Source: Mobula hypostoma (lineage: Eukaryota). Taken from it: a DNA stretch of 64,000 nucleotides. The notes beneath the pieces are model-generated. The model searched no databases, was not told the origin of the DNA, and was given only the letters and a program-made list of their open reading frames with translations. Every line of letters starts with the position of its first letter. The first letter of the stretch is position 1. The stretch spans positions 21,330,001 to 21,394,000 of the forward strand of contig NC_086097.1 in NCBI RefSeq assembly GCF_963921235.1, given 5' to 3'. Positions 1 to 13,300 of this stretch are shown in pieces. Both the position numbers and the translations under genes were made by a program.

Positions 1-1882
1 TGCCTTTCTGAGATACTGTTCCCTGAAGATGTCCTGGGTACTTTGTAAGCTAGTACCCAAGATGGAGCTGATTAGATTTACAACCTTCTGCAGCTTCTTT
101 TGGACCTGTGCAGTAGCCCCTCCACACCAGACAGTGATGCAGCCTGTCAGAATGATCTCCACGGTACAAATATAGAGGTTTTTGAGTGTATTTGTTGACA
201 TACCAAATCTCTTCAAACTCCTAATAAAGTATAGCTGCTGTCTTGCCTTCTTTTTAACTACATCAATATGTTGGGACCAGGTTAGATCCTCAGAGATCTT
301 GACATCCAGGAACTTGAAGCTGCTCACTCTCTCCACTTCTGATCCATCTATGGGGATTGGTATGTGTTCCTTCATCTTACTGTTCCTGAAGTCCACAATC
401 AGCTCTTTCATCTTATTGACGTTGAGTGCCAGGTTGTTGCTGTGGCACCATTCCACTAGTTGGCATATCTCACTCCCGTACGCCCTCTGGTCACCACCTG
501 AATTTCTACCAACAATGGTTGTTTCGTCAGCAAATTTATAGATGGTATTTGAGCTATGCCTAGCCACACAGTCATGTGTATTTATAGAGTAAGGCAGTGG
601 GCTAAGCACACACCCCTGAGGTGCACCAGTGTTGATCGTCAGTGAGGAGGATATGTTATCACCAATCTGCATAGATTGTGGTCTTCCGGTTAGGAAGTTG
701 AAGATCCAGTTGCAGAGGGAGGTACAGAGGCCCAGGTTCTGCAGCTTCTCAATCAGGGTTGTGGGAATGATGTTATGAAATGCTGAGCTATAGTCGATGA
801 ACAGCATCCTGACGTAGGTGTTTGTGTTGTCCAGGTGGTCTAAAGCTGTGTGGAGAGCCATTGAGATTGCGTTTGCCATTGACCTATTGTGGCGATAGGC
901 AAATTGCAATGGGTCCAGCTCCTTGCTGAGGCAGGAGTTCAGTCTAGTCATGACCAATCTCTCAAAGCATTTCATCACTGTCGATGTGAGTGCTACCGGG
1001 CAATAATCATTAAGGCAGCTCGCATTATTCTTCTTAGGCACTGGTATAATTGTTACCTTTTTGAAGCAAGTGGGAACTTCTGCCCATAGCAGTGAGAGGT
1101 TGAAAATGACCTTGAATACTCCTGCTAGTTGGTGGCACAGGTTTTCAGAGCCTTACCAGGTACTCCATCGGGACCTTCCGCCTTGTGAGAGTTCACTCTC
1201 TTTAAAGACAGTATAACATTAGCCTCTGAGACAGAGATCACAGGGTCATCAGGTGCAGCAAGGATCTTCACAGCTGTAATTGTGTTCTCCCTTTCAAAGC
1301 ATACATAGAGGCATTGAGTTCATCTGGTAGTGAAGTATTGCTACCATTCATACTATTGGGTTTCACTTTGTAGGAAGTAATGTCTTGCAGACCCTGCCAG
1401 AGTTGCCGTGCATCCAATATCGCCTCCAATCTCATTTGAAATTGTCTCTTCGCCTTTGAAATAGCCCTCCGCAAATCATACCTGGTTTTCTGGTATAGGC
1501 CTGGATCATCAGACTTGAATTCCACAGATCTAGCCTTCAGCAGACAACGTACCTCTTGGTTCACTCACGGCTTTTGGTTTGGGAACGTACAGTAAGTCTT
1601 TGTGGGCATGCACTCATCCACACAGGTTTTAATGAAGTTGGTAACAACTGCAGCATACTCATCCAGGTTCGAAGATGAATCCCTGAATACAGTCCAGTCC
1701 AGCAATTCAAAGCAGTCCTGTAGTCACTCCTGTGCTTCCCTTGTCCATACCTTCTTGGTCTTCACTACTGGTGCTGCAGTCTTCAGTCTCTGCCTATACT
1801 CAGGGAGTAGAAGTACAGCTAAGTGATCAGACTACCCGAACTGAGGGCGTGGAATAGCACAGTAGGCATTCTTGATGGTGGT
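1..1882 (-). mobile_element. Rex1/Babar-type LINE, degenerate RT region, 5'-truncated, runs off window start
   Basis: Reverse complement aligns by eye to the + copy at 14470-16630. ORF 1268..1564 (MNQEVRCLLKARS) matches 14729..14998. Many stops and frameshifts. Confidence 0.9.
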
Positions 1883-2491
1883 TTATAAATAGAATGTAGT
1901 TTATAAATAGAACGGTGACGCTGATTCAATGGACCGAATGGCCTAATTCTGCTCCTATGTCTTACGGTTGCATGTTCATTGATTTCAACACCAACTTGCT
2001 TAACCAGGCACTGAGTTTGGTTGCCAGATTCCTGTGTCTGCAAGCAATCTCTTCACTCCAAGCTTGCCAATGGCAGAAGATCTTGTGGTGTTAAGAGGAA
2101 ACAAAGGTATAGACATCACAAGCAGGTAGGAGCAACCAGCGATTGGCCTTGGTGGTGTCAGATCTAAAATAAGATGACCTATGTTTAGCTATGTTCTCCT
2201 ACATGTCTTGGTGAGATAAGATAATATAGGGATATAAGATAATATAGATAATATAGAATGGTAGAGCCCTGAGGAGGTATCAATTTTATTGTTAATTTTT
2301 AATGGTTTATATTTAACAGTGCAATTTTAAAGTAATAAAACACTTCAACACAACAATGCTTTAAAAACTTTAACAAATAACTTTAAATTTGATTATTTGA
2401 ACAATTTAAAGATTGTAAATTACCTGACATTATCTTATTTTTCTTGGAGTTGAAGTTCAAAGTAAGTTTATTATCGAAGTACAAATATGTC

Positions 2492-2699
2492 TAGCCAGCT
2501 GGTGGTGTGGTGGCATCAGCACCGGTCTTTGAGGTGAATGGTCTCACGTTCGAATCCGGCTGGCTTCTTGCATGCTTTCCATCCATGCTGGGTTGAGCGT
2601 TGAGCTCGCAACTCAGCCTTGTTAAAAAAAAACAGTCAAATGCTATGGAAACAACAAAAATGGTGGCCGATGTGCCTCAAAGTGCGAAAAGGGACAGCA
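2492..2699 (+). mobile_element. tRNA-derived SINE inserted in a Rex-type 3' tail
   Basis: A-box-like TGGTGTGGTGG and B-box GTTCGAATCC. TSD ACAAATATGTC (2481-2491) / ACATATATGTC (2700-2710). Uninterrupted host sequence is seen at ~12485-12620. Confidence 0.85.
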
Positions 2700-2799
2700 A
2701 CATATATGTCAACTGAGATTCCTTTTCTTGCAAGCAGACTCAATAATTCCATAATAGAATCAATGAAGGACCACACCAACTTGGGCGAGAAAGACCTAT

Positions 2800-3420
2800 C
2801 AGGGAAAAGGGACAAGAACCACAGGACCCACACCACCAGCATCAGGAGCAGTTATTACCCCTCAACCATCAGGCTTTGAACCAAAGGCGATAACTTTCAC
2901 TCAGCTTCACTTACCCCATCATTGAACTGTTCCCACACCTGTGGACGCACTTTCACAGACACTTCATCTCATATTCTTGATGCTTATTATTTATTTATTA
3001 TTTAGAAACATAGAAAAACTACAGCACAATATAGGCCCCTCGGCCCACAAAGCTGGGCCAAACATGTCCTTACCTGAGAAATTGCCTAGGGTTACCCGTA
3101 GCCCTCTATTTTTCTGAGCTCCATATACCCATCCAGGAGTCTCTTAAAAGACCCTATCGTTTCCGCCTCCACCACTGTCGCCAGCAGCCCGTTCCACACA
3201 CTCACTACTCTCTGCATAAAGAAATAATAAAAATATTTCTTTTTTTTTTCTTTTTGTATTTACACAGTTTGTTTTCTTTTGCATACTGGTTGTTGGTCCG
3301 TCCTGTTTGGTGTTGTCTTTCATTAATTCTATAGTTTTGTTGTATTTACTGTGAATGAACACAAGAAAACAAATCTCAAGTTGTATATGGTGTCATATAT
3401 ATACTTAACTTTGAACTTTG
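2800..3420 (+). mobile_element. Rex-type LINE 3' end interrupted by an antisense CR1 tail (~3003-3215)
   Basis: RTHTTSIRSSYYPSTIRL C-terminus and ACTTTGA-type tail. The insert begins TAGAAACATAGAAA, the reverse complement of a CR1 tail. Confidence 0.75.
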
Positions 3421-3774
3421 TCCTCCATGTACTAATGGTAGTGTCTGAATAATCTGGATCACAGTGACGAGGAACTCTTGAAGTTTGAGGCTGTCAGCTT
3501 GAGGGAGTAGTTCTCAAGCATTGTGAATGGACATTATGACCCTAAATACGTGTGAGCATATATTTGGAGTTTCAAATTGAGGACACATTCCCAGTTGTGT
3601 TCAGAAACAACTATCTTTTGTGAATATTTGTGGGCAGGAGATGTCCAGTTTTGCTAGGGAGGTTCTGTTTATTTTTCATTATCTACGGTGGGGGAAAGTC
3701 AGTGTCAAAAGCTGATGGTCAGTCACCAGATTATTTTCTCTCTTCCCCCTCCCCCCACCCAATGGAGAAGGAAG

Positions 3775-3873
3775 GTTGGCACTATGTTGCAGCTACTAGA
3801 GCTGCTGCTTCACGGGTCCAATAACCCTGTTTCATTCTGATCTATGCTGCTCTCTATGTGGAGTTTTCATGTT
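3775..3873 (+). mobile_element. Degenerate HE1/V-SINE-like tRNA head
   Basis: GGCACTATGTTGCAGCTACTAGAGCTGCTGCTTCAC...TATGTGGAGTTTTCATGTT resembles the elasmobranch HE1 5' region (recall). Confidence 0.55.
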
Positions 3874-4526
3874 AAAGGATTACAGCACAGTACAGGCCCT
3901 TTCAGCCCATGATGTTGTGGCAACCTTTTAACTTATTCTAAGATCAATCTAACCCTTCCCTCCCATATAGCCCTCCATGTCTATATAAGAGACTACTGGA
4001 GCTCCCTAATGTATCTGCCTCTTACCACTACCTTGGTTGTGTGTTCCATGCATCACGCTCCAATCACCTTGGTTGGTGTTGGATCGCAAGAGAGGGAGTT
4101 TGTTGAATGCCCACGAGACTTCATTTTAGAGAAGCTCGTGCTTGAACCTAGTCAGGGAAAGGCTATCTTAGACTGGGTGTTGTGTAATAACCCAGACCTT
4201 CTTAGGGAGCGTAACATAAAGGAACCCTGAGGTGGCAGTGTTTATAATATGATTGATTTCATACTGCAATTTGAGAGGGAGAAGCATAACTCAGATGTAT
4301 CAGTATCGCAATGGAATAAAGGGAATTACAGTGGCATGAGACAGGAGCTTGCCCAATGGATTGGAGGGGGATACTGATGGAGACGATGGCAGAGATGGCT
4401 GATGTTTCTGGGAATAGTTCACATGGTGCAGGATAGATATGTCCCACAGAAGTTGTTCTCAAATAGCGAGTAGGCAACCGCAGCTGACAAGGAAAAGCCA
4501 AGGAAAAGGCATATAAGGTAGCAAAA

Positions 4527-6057
4527 TATTCCTGACGGAATATTCCCCAGGCTGCTCCACGAGACAAGAGAAGAGATTGCTGAGCCTCTAGCTAGGATCT
4601 TTATGTCCTCATTGTCCACGGGAATGGTACCGGAGGATTGGAGGGAGGCGAATGTTGTTCCCTTGTTCAAAAAAGGTAGTAGGGATAGTCCGGGTAATTA
4701 TAGACCAGTGAGCCTTACGTCTGTCGTGGGAAAGCTGTTGGAAAAGATTCTTAGAGATAGGATCTATAGGCATTTAGAGAATCATGGTCTGATCAGGGAC
4801 AGTCAGCATGGCTTTGTGAAGGGCAGATCGTGTCTAACAAGCCTGATAGAGTTCTTTGAGGAGGTGACCAGGCATATAGATGAGGGTAGTGCAGTGGATG
4901 TGATCTATATGGATTTTAGTAAGGCATTTGACAAGGTTCCACACAGTAGGCTTATTCAGAAAATTAGAAGGCATGGGATCCAGGGGAGTTTGGCCAGGTG
5001 GATTCAGAATTGGCTTGCCTGCAGAAGGCAGAGGGTGGTGGTGGAGGGAGTACATTCAGATTGGAGGATTGTGACTAGTGGTGTTCCACAAGGATCTGTT
5101 CTGGGACCTCTACTTTTGGTGATTTTTATTAATGACCTGGATGTTGGGGTAGAAGGGTGGGTTGGCAAGTTTGCAGACGACACAAAGGTTGGTGGTGTTG
5201 TAGACAGTGTAGAGGATTGTCAAAGATTGCAGAGAGACATTGATAGGATGCAGAAGTGGGCTGAGAAGTGGCAGATGGAGTTCAACCCAGAGGTGGTACA
5301 CTTTGGAAGGACAAACTCCAAGGCAGAGTACAAAGTAAATGGCAGGATACTTGGTAGTGTGGAGGAGCAGAGGGATCTCGGGGTACATGTCCACAGATCC
5401 CTGAAAGTTCCCTCATAGGTGGATAGGGTAGTTAAGAAAGCTTATGGGGTGTTAGCTTTCATAAGTCGAGGGATAGAGTTTAAGAGTCGCGATGTAATGA
5501 TGCAGCTCTATAAAACTCTGGTTAGGCCACACTTGGAGTATTGTGTCTAGTTCTGGTCACCTCACTATAGGAAGGATGTGGAAGCATTGGAAAGGGTACA
5601 GAGGAGATTTACCAGGATGCTGTCTGGTTTAGAGAGTATGGATTATGATCAGAGATTAAGGGAGCTAGGGCTTTACTCTTTGGAGAGAAGGAGGATGAGA
5701 GGAGACATGATAGAGGTGTACAAGATAATAAGAGGAATAGATAGAGTGGATAGCCAGCGCCTCTTCCCCAGGGCACCATTGCTCAATACAAGAGGACATG
5801 GCTTTAAGGTAAGGGGTAGGAAGTTCAAGGGAGATATTAGAGGAAAGTTTTTTACTCAGAGAGTGGTTGGTGCGTGGAATGCACTGCCTGAGTCAGTGGT
5901 GGAGGCAGATACACTAGTGAAGTTTAAGAGACTACTAGACAGGTATATGGAGGAATCTAAGGTGGGGGCTTATATGGGAGGCAGGGTTTGAGGGTCGGCA
6001 CAACATTGTGGGCCGAAGGGCCTGTACTGTGCTGTACTATTCTGTGTTCTATGTTCT
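4527..6057 (+). mobile_element. Young 5'-truncated CR1 LINE (RT to 3' tail)
   Basis: RT ORF, CR1 C-terminal ORF 5578..5991, 3' hairpin GGGCCGAAGGGCC, (TTCTATG)-type tail, 4-bp AAAA duplication. Confidence 0.95.
4603..5991 (+). pseudogene. CR1 ORF2 reverse transcriptase remnant
   Basis: NYRPVSLTS, QHGF, DFSKAFDKV, GVPQGSVLGP and KFADD motifs. Stops at ~5416 and ~5548. Confidence 0.93.
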
Positions 6058-7079
6058 AAAAGTGAGTGGGAAGTTGGATGATTGGGAAACTTTTAAATTC
6101 CAACAAAAAGGATCTAAAAAAGCTATAAGAAGGGAAAAGATGTAATATCAAGGCAGGCTAGACAATAATATAAAGCAGGATACCAAAGATTTTTTCAGTT
6201 ATATAAAAGACTAAAAGACAGATGAGAATTGATATTGGACCACTGGAATATGATGCTGGTGAGGTAGTAATGGGGAACAAAGAAATAGCAGTGGGTTCTT
6301 TGCATCTGTCTTCATTGTGGAAGACACTAACTGTGTGCTAGAGGTCTATGAGTATAAGGGAGCAGGAATGAGTGCCATAAAGCAAAATGTGTAAGCCACA
6401 CTCAAAGGTCTTAAGGTGGATAAGTCACCTCGGCCAAATGGACTACATCCCAGAGTTCTGAGAGAGATTGCTGAAGAGATAATGGATGCATTGGTCATGA
6501 TCTTTCCAGAATCACCTTTGTTAATAAATTTACTTTGAAGTCAATCCCCTTACTAATAAAGGCCAACGCACTATATGCTTTTTAACCCTATCAACTTGTG
6601 ACACCATACGCCTTCTGAACAATGCTGTTAACTTTGGTTCATCCTCTGATCACATGGGTTTCTCCCCCATATCCTAAGTACGTGTAAATAAATGTTTTCC
6701 TTACTTGATGGTTAAAATTTATGCAAATTTCTGTAAATGATGCAAGTAACTAATCACTGAGTTAATTTTATTCCTATGTAGTTCATTATTGTAATGAATG
6801 CTAAACATATTGTTGTGCTAATGTGCTGACTTGCAAATTCTTTCTTTGCGCAGTGACGCATTGTAATCGGGCATTCGAATGAGGGACATATGTGCTTGGG
6901 TACAGTGAGGCTGCTGGCTGGCATAAGTATGGTAGGCACTGGCCCAGTCTTCAGCACATTAATTAGGTGTGTTTTATGATAATTTAATAACAATGTGTCA
7001 GGGAAATCATCGATGTGCACTTCAAGAGCAGACAGGACAAGGCCCGCTGTTTTCCTCAGCCTGTGACAGACAGGAATTG

Positions 7080-7665
7080 TTCCAAGGTCTTTCACAAAGA
7101 GCCATGTGGGTCTGTTCTGTGTGTTGACTGCCACTGTGAAGGACAGCAGGACAACTGTACAGTGCATCAGCAGTATCAGTGTCTGGAAGGGTTTGTTCTA
7201 ATAAAGCGTGCACACCTCGATTATCAAGGACCCCCACCATCCAGGCCATGCTGTCTTCTCTCTGCTACCATCAGAAAGGAAGTACGGGATCCTTAGGTCC
7301 CACACCACCGGATTCAGGAACAGTTATGATCCTTCAACCATCAGGCTCCTGAATCAGAGTGGATAACTTCACTCACCTCAGCACTGAATTGGCTCCATAG
7401 TCTATGGGCTCCCTTTCAACGACTCTACAACTCGTGTTCTCAGTGTTATTTATTTATTCCTTATGGTTATTATTTGTTTCTTTTTTGTATTTGCACATTT
7501 TGTCTTCATTCGCACGTTGTTTGCCTGTCAGTCTTTGTTTCTGTGTAGTATCTCATTGATTCTATTGTAATTATTTGTTCTACCATGAATGCCTGCAAGA
7601 AAATGAATGTCAGGGTAGTACTGTATTTGGTGACAAATAAGTACTTTTACTTTTAACTTTGAACT
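7080..7665 (+). mobile_element. Degenerate Rex-type LINE 3' end
   Basis: Same 3' sequence as 2800-3420 (CACACCACC...TTCAGGAACAGTTA) with ACTTTGAACTTT tail. Confidence 0.75.
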
Positions 7666-7819
7666 TTCAGTGTCAATGCCTTGTGATGTCTTTAAAAAGA
7701 TTAACTGATGCCCATGTTTCAAACAGCTGTGGAGCCTGAAGGCTTCAAAGACCTAAGACAAGGATGAAGTTTAGGCTGATGCAGAAGGAGTGCTGCTATG
7801 TCAGAGGTATTGTCTTTCA

Positions 7820-8560
7820 TAGAGTTATGGAGCACTAGAGCACAGAATCCAGCATTCGGCTCCCTTCCACGTACTTACCCAAACTTCCCTTAAACGTTGC
7901 AATTGATGCACTATCAATCACTCCAAGAGACTGGAAGTGGAGTAAATATTGAAAGGCTTCTATTAACAGTAAATGGACACATGTCCATGCTGAGTATCTG
8001 TCCTGGACTGAGGGAGGAGCAATGGCGCAATCGCCTTTATTCAGGGGTCTGTGGGAGGAGCCACAGGAGCAGTCAGCAGAGGGGCGTGTGCAGGCATGTC
8101 CAGACAGGTAACCCAGTTACAACCTATATGCATGGTTTACCACAGCAATTGAATCCACATTCACCATTTCTGCTCTCAGCTGGTTACACACTCTCACCAT
8201 TCTCGGAGTGAAGAAGTTCTGCCTCGGGTTCTTCTTAAATATTTCACTTTTCACCCTTAACCTATGACCTCTAGTTCTAGTCTTGCTCAATCTCAGTGAA
8301 AAAAGCCTGCTTACATTTACCCTATCTATACCCCTCAGAACTTTGTGTACCTTTATCAAATCACACCTGATTCTTGTATGCTTCAGGAGAAGTAAGTCCC
8401 AACTTATTCAAATTTTTCCTATAACTCAGGTCCTCAAGCCCCGGCAACATGTAGTTATTTTCTGTACTCTTTGAATTTTATTGATAGCTTTTTTTGTAGA
8501 AAGGTGACCAGAACTGCATACAATACTCCAAATTTAAGCCTCACCAGTGTGTTATACAGT
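7820..8560 (-). mobile_element. CR1 3' fragment hosting a solo LTR
   Basis: ORF 8117..8359 (RGIDRVNVSRLF...RTRGHRLRV) is a CR1 C-terminus. Confidence 0.85.
7904..8144 (-). mobile_element. Solo LTR (241 bp)
   Basis: TG...CA termini and a perfect 5-bp TSD GCAAT (7899-7903, 8145-8149). Removing it restores the CR1 host. Strand inferred from AATAAA-like motifs. Confidence 0.85.
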
Positions 8561-9139
8561 TTCACCTTTCAGATTAAACTACCCCTCTACACTCTCTCTG
8601 GCTGTAAATAACAACCTTGTGACACTGTTTCAGATAGTGGGGTATTGGTCTTGCCCACTGTCCTGGTCAGATCTAAATTTTGTTTATGATGTCTTGTTGT
8701 GTACCACGTTTACTATATCACTCTTAAAGACATTGCCTGTTAAATGCTGTGGGGGCTCAAACTGTAATCGGCCTTTTAGAAATGAGAACTTTTTCTTTTA
8801 ACCCCACCAGTTAGGCTGCATTTCTTCACCAGTTTGGTGATAGTTTTCTTTCTCCTCAAGCTTACGAAGCATTTGCTCACTTGCCTATTCTCTGATTCTG
8901 TAGCCTATCTCAACCCCACGTCATTGTGATTCTATCTGCAACAGTAAAAGTCCTGAGCTCCCCGCTACTTCCCCAGTCAGGATGGTTCACTGTCTCAGGA
9001 GCTATAGTGGTCTGGCTTCCCTTCTAAGCTTCCTAGAATACTTATGACACAGCCTTGGCCTCCTTGCAACCTCATTTTACGATAACTGTTAGATCATAGC
9101 CAGTTATTTTGTGCTGTGTTAACTAATTCATAAATCTCG

Positions 9140-9722
9140 TCATTCCAAGGATGTAATGCTGAGGCTTTATAAAGCATTGGTCAGACCCTACTTGGAGCAT
9201 TGGGAGCAATTTGGGCCACTTATCTAGGAAAGGATGTGCTGGCATTGGAAAGAGTCCAGAAGAGGTTCACGAGAATAATCTCAGGAATGAAAGGGTTAAT
9301 GTATGAGGTGCGTTTGATGGCTCTGGGCCTGTACTCACTGCAGTTTAAAAGAATGGGGAAGGGGGATCTCATTGAAACCTATCGAATATTGAAAGGCCTA
9401 GGTAGAGAGGATGTGTTTCACAAGTTGGGGGTGTCTCAGACCAGAAGGCACAGCCTCAGAATAGAAAGATGTGTGTTTAGAACAGAGATAGGGAGGAATT
9501 TTTTTCGGCGAGGGGGCCATGAATCTGTGGAATCCATTGCCATGAATGGTTATGGGGCCAAATCCATGGTTGATAAGTTCTTGATTAGTAAGGGTGTCAA
9601 ATATTACAGGGAGAAGGAAGGAGAATAGAGTTGAGAGGGAGGGGATAATAAACTAGCAATGATGAATGGCAGAACGGATTTGATGGGCCAAATTGTCAAA
9701 TTCTGCTCCTGTGTCTTATAGT
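9140..9722 (+). mobile_element. CR1 3' fragment
   Basis: ORF 9200..9628 (KDVLALERVQKRFTRII) and tail TTCTGCTCCTGTGTCTTAT. Confidence 0.9.
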
Positions 9723-10519
9723 TTATTTCAGTAAAACCTCTTCAATTTTCAGTTCCACCTTCATTTGCTACTCAATAACGTTTTCTGTTTCTGAAGCATT
9801 CTGGTTGTTGTTGCCCATTTTATTACTCTGCTCCATTGCCTTTTGAATTTTTGCTTCAACAGACTCCTCCACTCCCCACCCAAACGTTTTAGTTTCAGGT
9901 CCTGTTCACAAGACTGAACTGGTCTGAGTTGAGGTGATGCTGCCCCAACGAAGCAGCCCCCTCTCCCTGGCAACGTCAATCATCGAGCCTCTCACTCACT
10001 TCTCTGATCTTGTTGACCAAATGCCGGTTTGTGATTGGCTGAGAAGGAGTTCAGAGACTGCTGCTACTTTATGTTCCTGCTTTTCAATTTGGGACTGAGG
10101 TGCTTGTATTCCTTGGTAGATCCTCCCGAGTCAGTCCAACTGGTCAATGCCAGTCTTTCTGACCTACAGTAGTCTCCTTCCTTTGTTTCATCCCATTGTC
10201 AAAATTCCTCTCTTGCTCTGTAACATATTCATTGTCCCTGAGGAAAAGTTAATCTAAAATAAAGTTTAAAATACAGTTTATATCCCCGTTTCTACCCCAA
10301 ACAACTCTCTCAAAATTCATGCCGAGGAACTTTTTGAAGGAAGTTCCACATGGTTCACTTTCTAAAAGTCAAAGTTGAGTTTATCATCACGTGCACAAGT
10401 TCACGTATGCAGAAGTACAATGAAAATCTTACTTGCAACAGCTTCACAGCTTCATAAATGCTGCATCCACGGGAAGACCATGCAGTAAACACAAAATATG
10501 ATTTTTACACGAATGAACG

Positions 10520-10740
10520 TGTGGGTTGTGGGGTGTGTCAGTGTTACAATGAGGGGTGTGCGGTGTGTCAGTGTTACAGTGAGGGGTGTGGGGTGTGTGG
10601 GTGTCACCGTGAGGGGTGTGGGGTGTATCGGTGTCACGGTGAGGGAGTGGGGTGTGTCAGTGTTACAGTGAGGGCTGTGGGGTGTGTCAGTGTCACAGTG
10701 AGGGGTGTGGGGTGTGTCAGTGTCACAGTGAGGGTGTGAG
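10520..10740. repeat. 30-bp G/T-rich minisatellite, about 7 units
   Basis: Unit GAGGGGTGTGGGGTGTGTCAGTGTYACAGT with period 30. Confidence 0.95.
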
Positions 10741-11244
10741 CAAATTTAGAGCAAAAAGAAAATAAAAACTTTCAGTGAAAAATGGTTGAAGTAGTCATAC
10801 TGTTGCTAAACTCTAGTGATTAGGGTTGTTGAAAAACCAATATGTTGAAGGGAAATAACTGTTCTGGGGGTGTAGGACTTTGGGTATCTCCTGCCCATTG
10901 GTAGCAGCATGAAGATGGTAGGGCTCTTCGATTGATGTTGGCTTCTTGAGTCTGCTCCCGCTGTCGATAATACTGATGATGGGATGGGATGTGCCTATGA
11001 TGGGCTGTACATGTCTATACTGTTTCTTACATTCCTATGCCTTGATTTACTGTACCAGACCATGGCACAATGATGTTTTCTGTCTATTCATCACACAATG
11101 TAGTCAATGAGTAACATTGTGACCTCTCTTTTGTTAAAAGACCAAGGCACAAGCAGAGGAAACTGTAATGGCGACGATCCCTCTGAACCAGGTCAATTGT
11201 CACTCGTTCCTTCTGCTTAAGCCTATGCCAATTCTATATTTACA

Positions 11245-11450
11245 CTATAGCGGGCCAGACAGCATCTAAGGAAAAGAGTAAACATTGACATTTCGGGCTG
11301 AGACCCTTCATTAGGAGTGGAAAGGAAGAGGAGAAGGGTCTCGCCCCAAAACGTCACCTGTTTACTCTTTTCTATCCTTCTGGCTGGCCTTCCAAGTTCC
11401 TCCAGCATTTTGTGTGTGGTGCTTTGGATTTACAGATTTTCTCGTGTTTG
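11245..11450. mobile_element. PLE-terminus fold-back element with decayed hammerhead cores
   Basis: Inverted arms homologous to 29885-29984. Minus strand reads CTAATGAAGGGTCTCAGCCCGAAATGTC at ~11287-11314. Confidence 0.8.
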
Positions 11451-12029
11451 CTGTAGTTACACCTACTGTTGGCACGTTACAGCTGCAGAACGCTGTCACG
11501 TTTAGTTTGGGAGTGATGGATAGAGTTCACTCAGTGTTAATCTATAATTAAATGACACTAAAGGTTAAATCCTGCTTGTTTTTATTTCAGCTCTACTGTT
11601 CAATGTTACTTTTGGTGAAGGCAGCTTGTACATGTGTGGAAAATTAATTACCCTGTTGTTGCTGCGCACGGGACAGATGGAATACGTTTGAATCTGATTA
11701 ATGTGTATATCACGGGCCCTGTTTTGGTCTTTTGGTCTTGTGGCTTCATTGCAGTGTAAGCATTGCCTTTCCCCCCACCTTGAGCCGTGATCCTATGAGG
11801 TGCGTGGCTGGTCTAGACATAGCAACGTCCGAGGGTCCCCAAGGATTGAGTGTTCACTAGGTGACTGAAGGTTTGGCTGCTGGGCTTCACCCTCCTCAGT
11901 CACTGCGTTAAAACTTGTGGCATGTCATAGGAAGGTGCCCACTCCCTCTTTTGCATTGCTGGACTTGTGCGTGTTGGGCCCAGCTACTTGGGGAAAATTT
12001 TGAGATGTCCAAGCACTGGAATTGGTTTA

Positions 12030-13300
12030 TTTTTGTTACACGTACTGAGGTAAAGTGAAAAGATTGTCTTGCACATTCTTCATACAGATTGTTACACAGT
12101 GCATTGAGGTAGAACAAGGCAAAACAATAACAATGCAGAATAAAATTTGTTTCAGCTGCAGAGAAGGTTCAGTGCAGATAAACAATGTGGTGCAAGATCA
12201 GAATGAGATGGATTGTGAAGTCAAGAATCCATCTTATTGAACTAGGATAGCACTGAATAATCTAATAACAGTAGGATAGAAGCTGTCCTTGAGCCTGATG
12301 ATACTTGCTCTCAGACTTTTGTGCAGGACCATAAGATATAGGAGCAGAATTAGGCCATTCAGCCCATTGACTCTGCTTTGTCATTCCATCACGGCTAATT
12401 TATTATCCCTCTCAACCCCATTCTATTGCCTTCTCCCTGTAACATTTGATACCCTTACTAATCAAGAACCTGTCAAAATTCTAATTCAAAGTAAATTTAT
12501 TATCAAAGTACATATATGTCAACATATTTAACCCTGTGATTAATTTTCTTGTGGGTATACTCAACAAATCCATAGAATAATAACCATAACAGAATCAATA
12601 AAAGACCACACCAACTTGGGTATTCAACCAGTTTGCTTTAAGCATCAACCCCTGCCTTAAATATACCCAATGACGTGGCCTCCACCGCCATTTGTGGCAA
12701 TGAATTCCACAGATTCACCTCCCCCTGGCTAGAGAAATTCCTCCTCATCTTTGTTCTGAAGGGACATCCTTCTTTTCTGAGCCTATGCCCTCTGTTCCTT
12801 GAATCTCCAAGTACAGGAAACATCCTCTCCACATCTACTCTATCAAGGCTTTCTCAATATAATGAGATTTATGGTATCTTCTGTCCGATGGGGAGGGGAC
12901 AAGAGACCATGTGGATGGGTTCTTTGATTATGTTGGCTACTTTACTGGGCCAGCGAGAGGTATAGACAGAGTCGATGGAGAGGAGTTTGGTTTCTGTGAT
13001 GTGCTAAGCTGTGTCTCCAGCTCTCTACAGTTTCTTGAGATCACATGCAGAAGGTGCCTTACTTGCTGTTATGCATCCAGATAGGATGTTTTCCATGGTA
13101 TATTGATTAAATTTTGGTAAAGAATAAAAGGAACATGTTAAATTTCTTTAGCCTTCTGAGGAAGTAGAGGCATTGGTGAACTTCCTTGCTGTGGCCACCG
13201 AGGAAACTGAAGCTCTCTACTCTCTCATTCTCAGCACCATTGATGCAGATAGGAGTTTGTACTCTGCCCCACTTCCTGAAGTCAATGACAAGATCTTTTA
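12030..13300 (-). mobile_element. Degenerate Rex-type LINE with nested CR1 3' fragment (~12325-12860) and a further Rex-type tail (~12475-12635)
   Basis: ORF 12638..12832 is a CR1 C-terminus. Flanks resemble the other antisense Rex copies. Confidence 0.7.

Larger units (their letters stand above)
4066..6515 (+). mobile_element. Older CR1 ORF2 fragment (endonuclease-tether region), split by a younger CR1
   Basis: EREFVECPRD...QGKAILDWVLCNNPDLL motif. GCAAAA (4526) resumes as AAAAGTGAGTGGGAAG (6058). Confidence 0.85.

Noticed and set aside
182..541. 119-aa + strand ORF and similar hydrophobic ORFs (15703, 38866, 45578)
   Set aside because: Antisense shadow frames of Rex1 RT, not genes.
2492..2570. 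tRNA gene (also 41526-41595)
   Set aside because: Pol III boxes continue into SINE bodies flanked by TSDs, and no convincing cloverleaf forms.
4603..5418. RT ORF as a retron, DGR or domesticated gene
   Set aside because: Plain CR1 ORF2 fragment with stops, CR1 tail and many siblings.
10458..10739. Cys/Gly/Val-rich repeat protein
   Set aside because: Translation of a 30-bp minisatellite.
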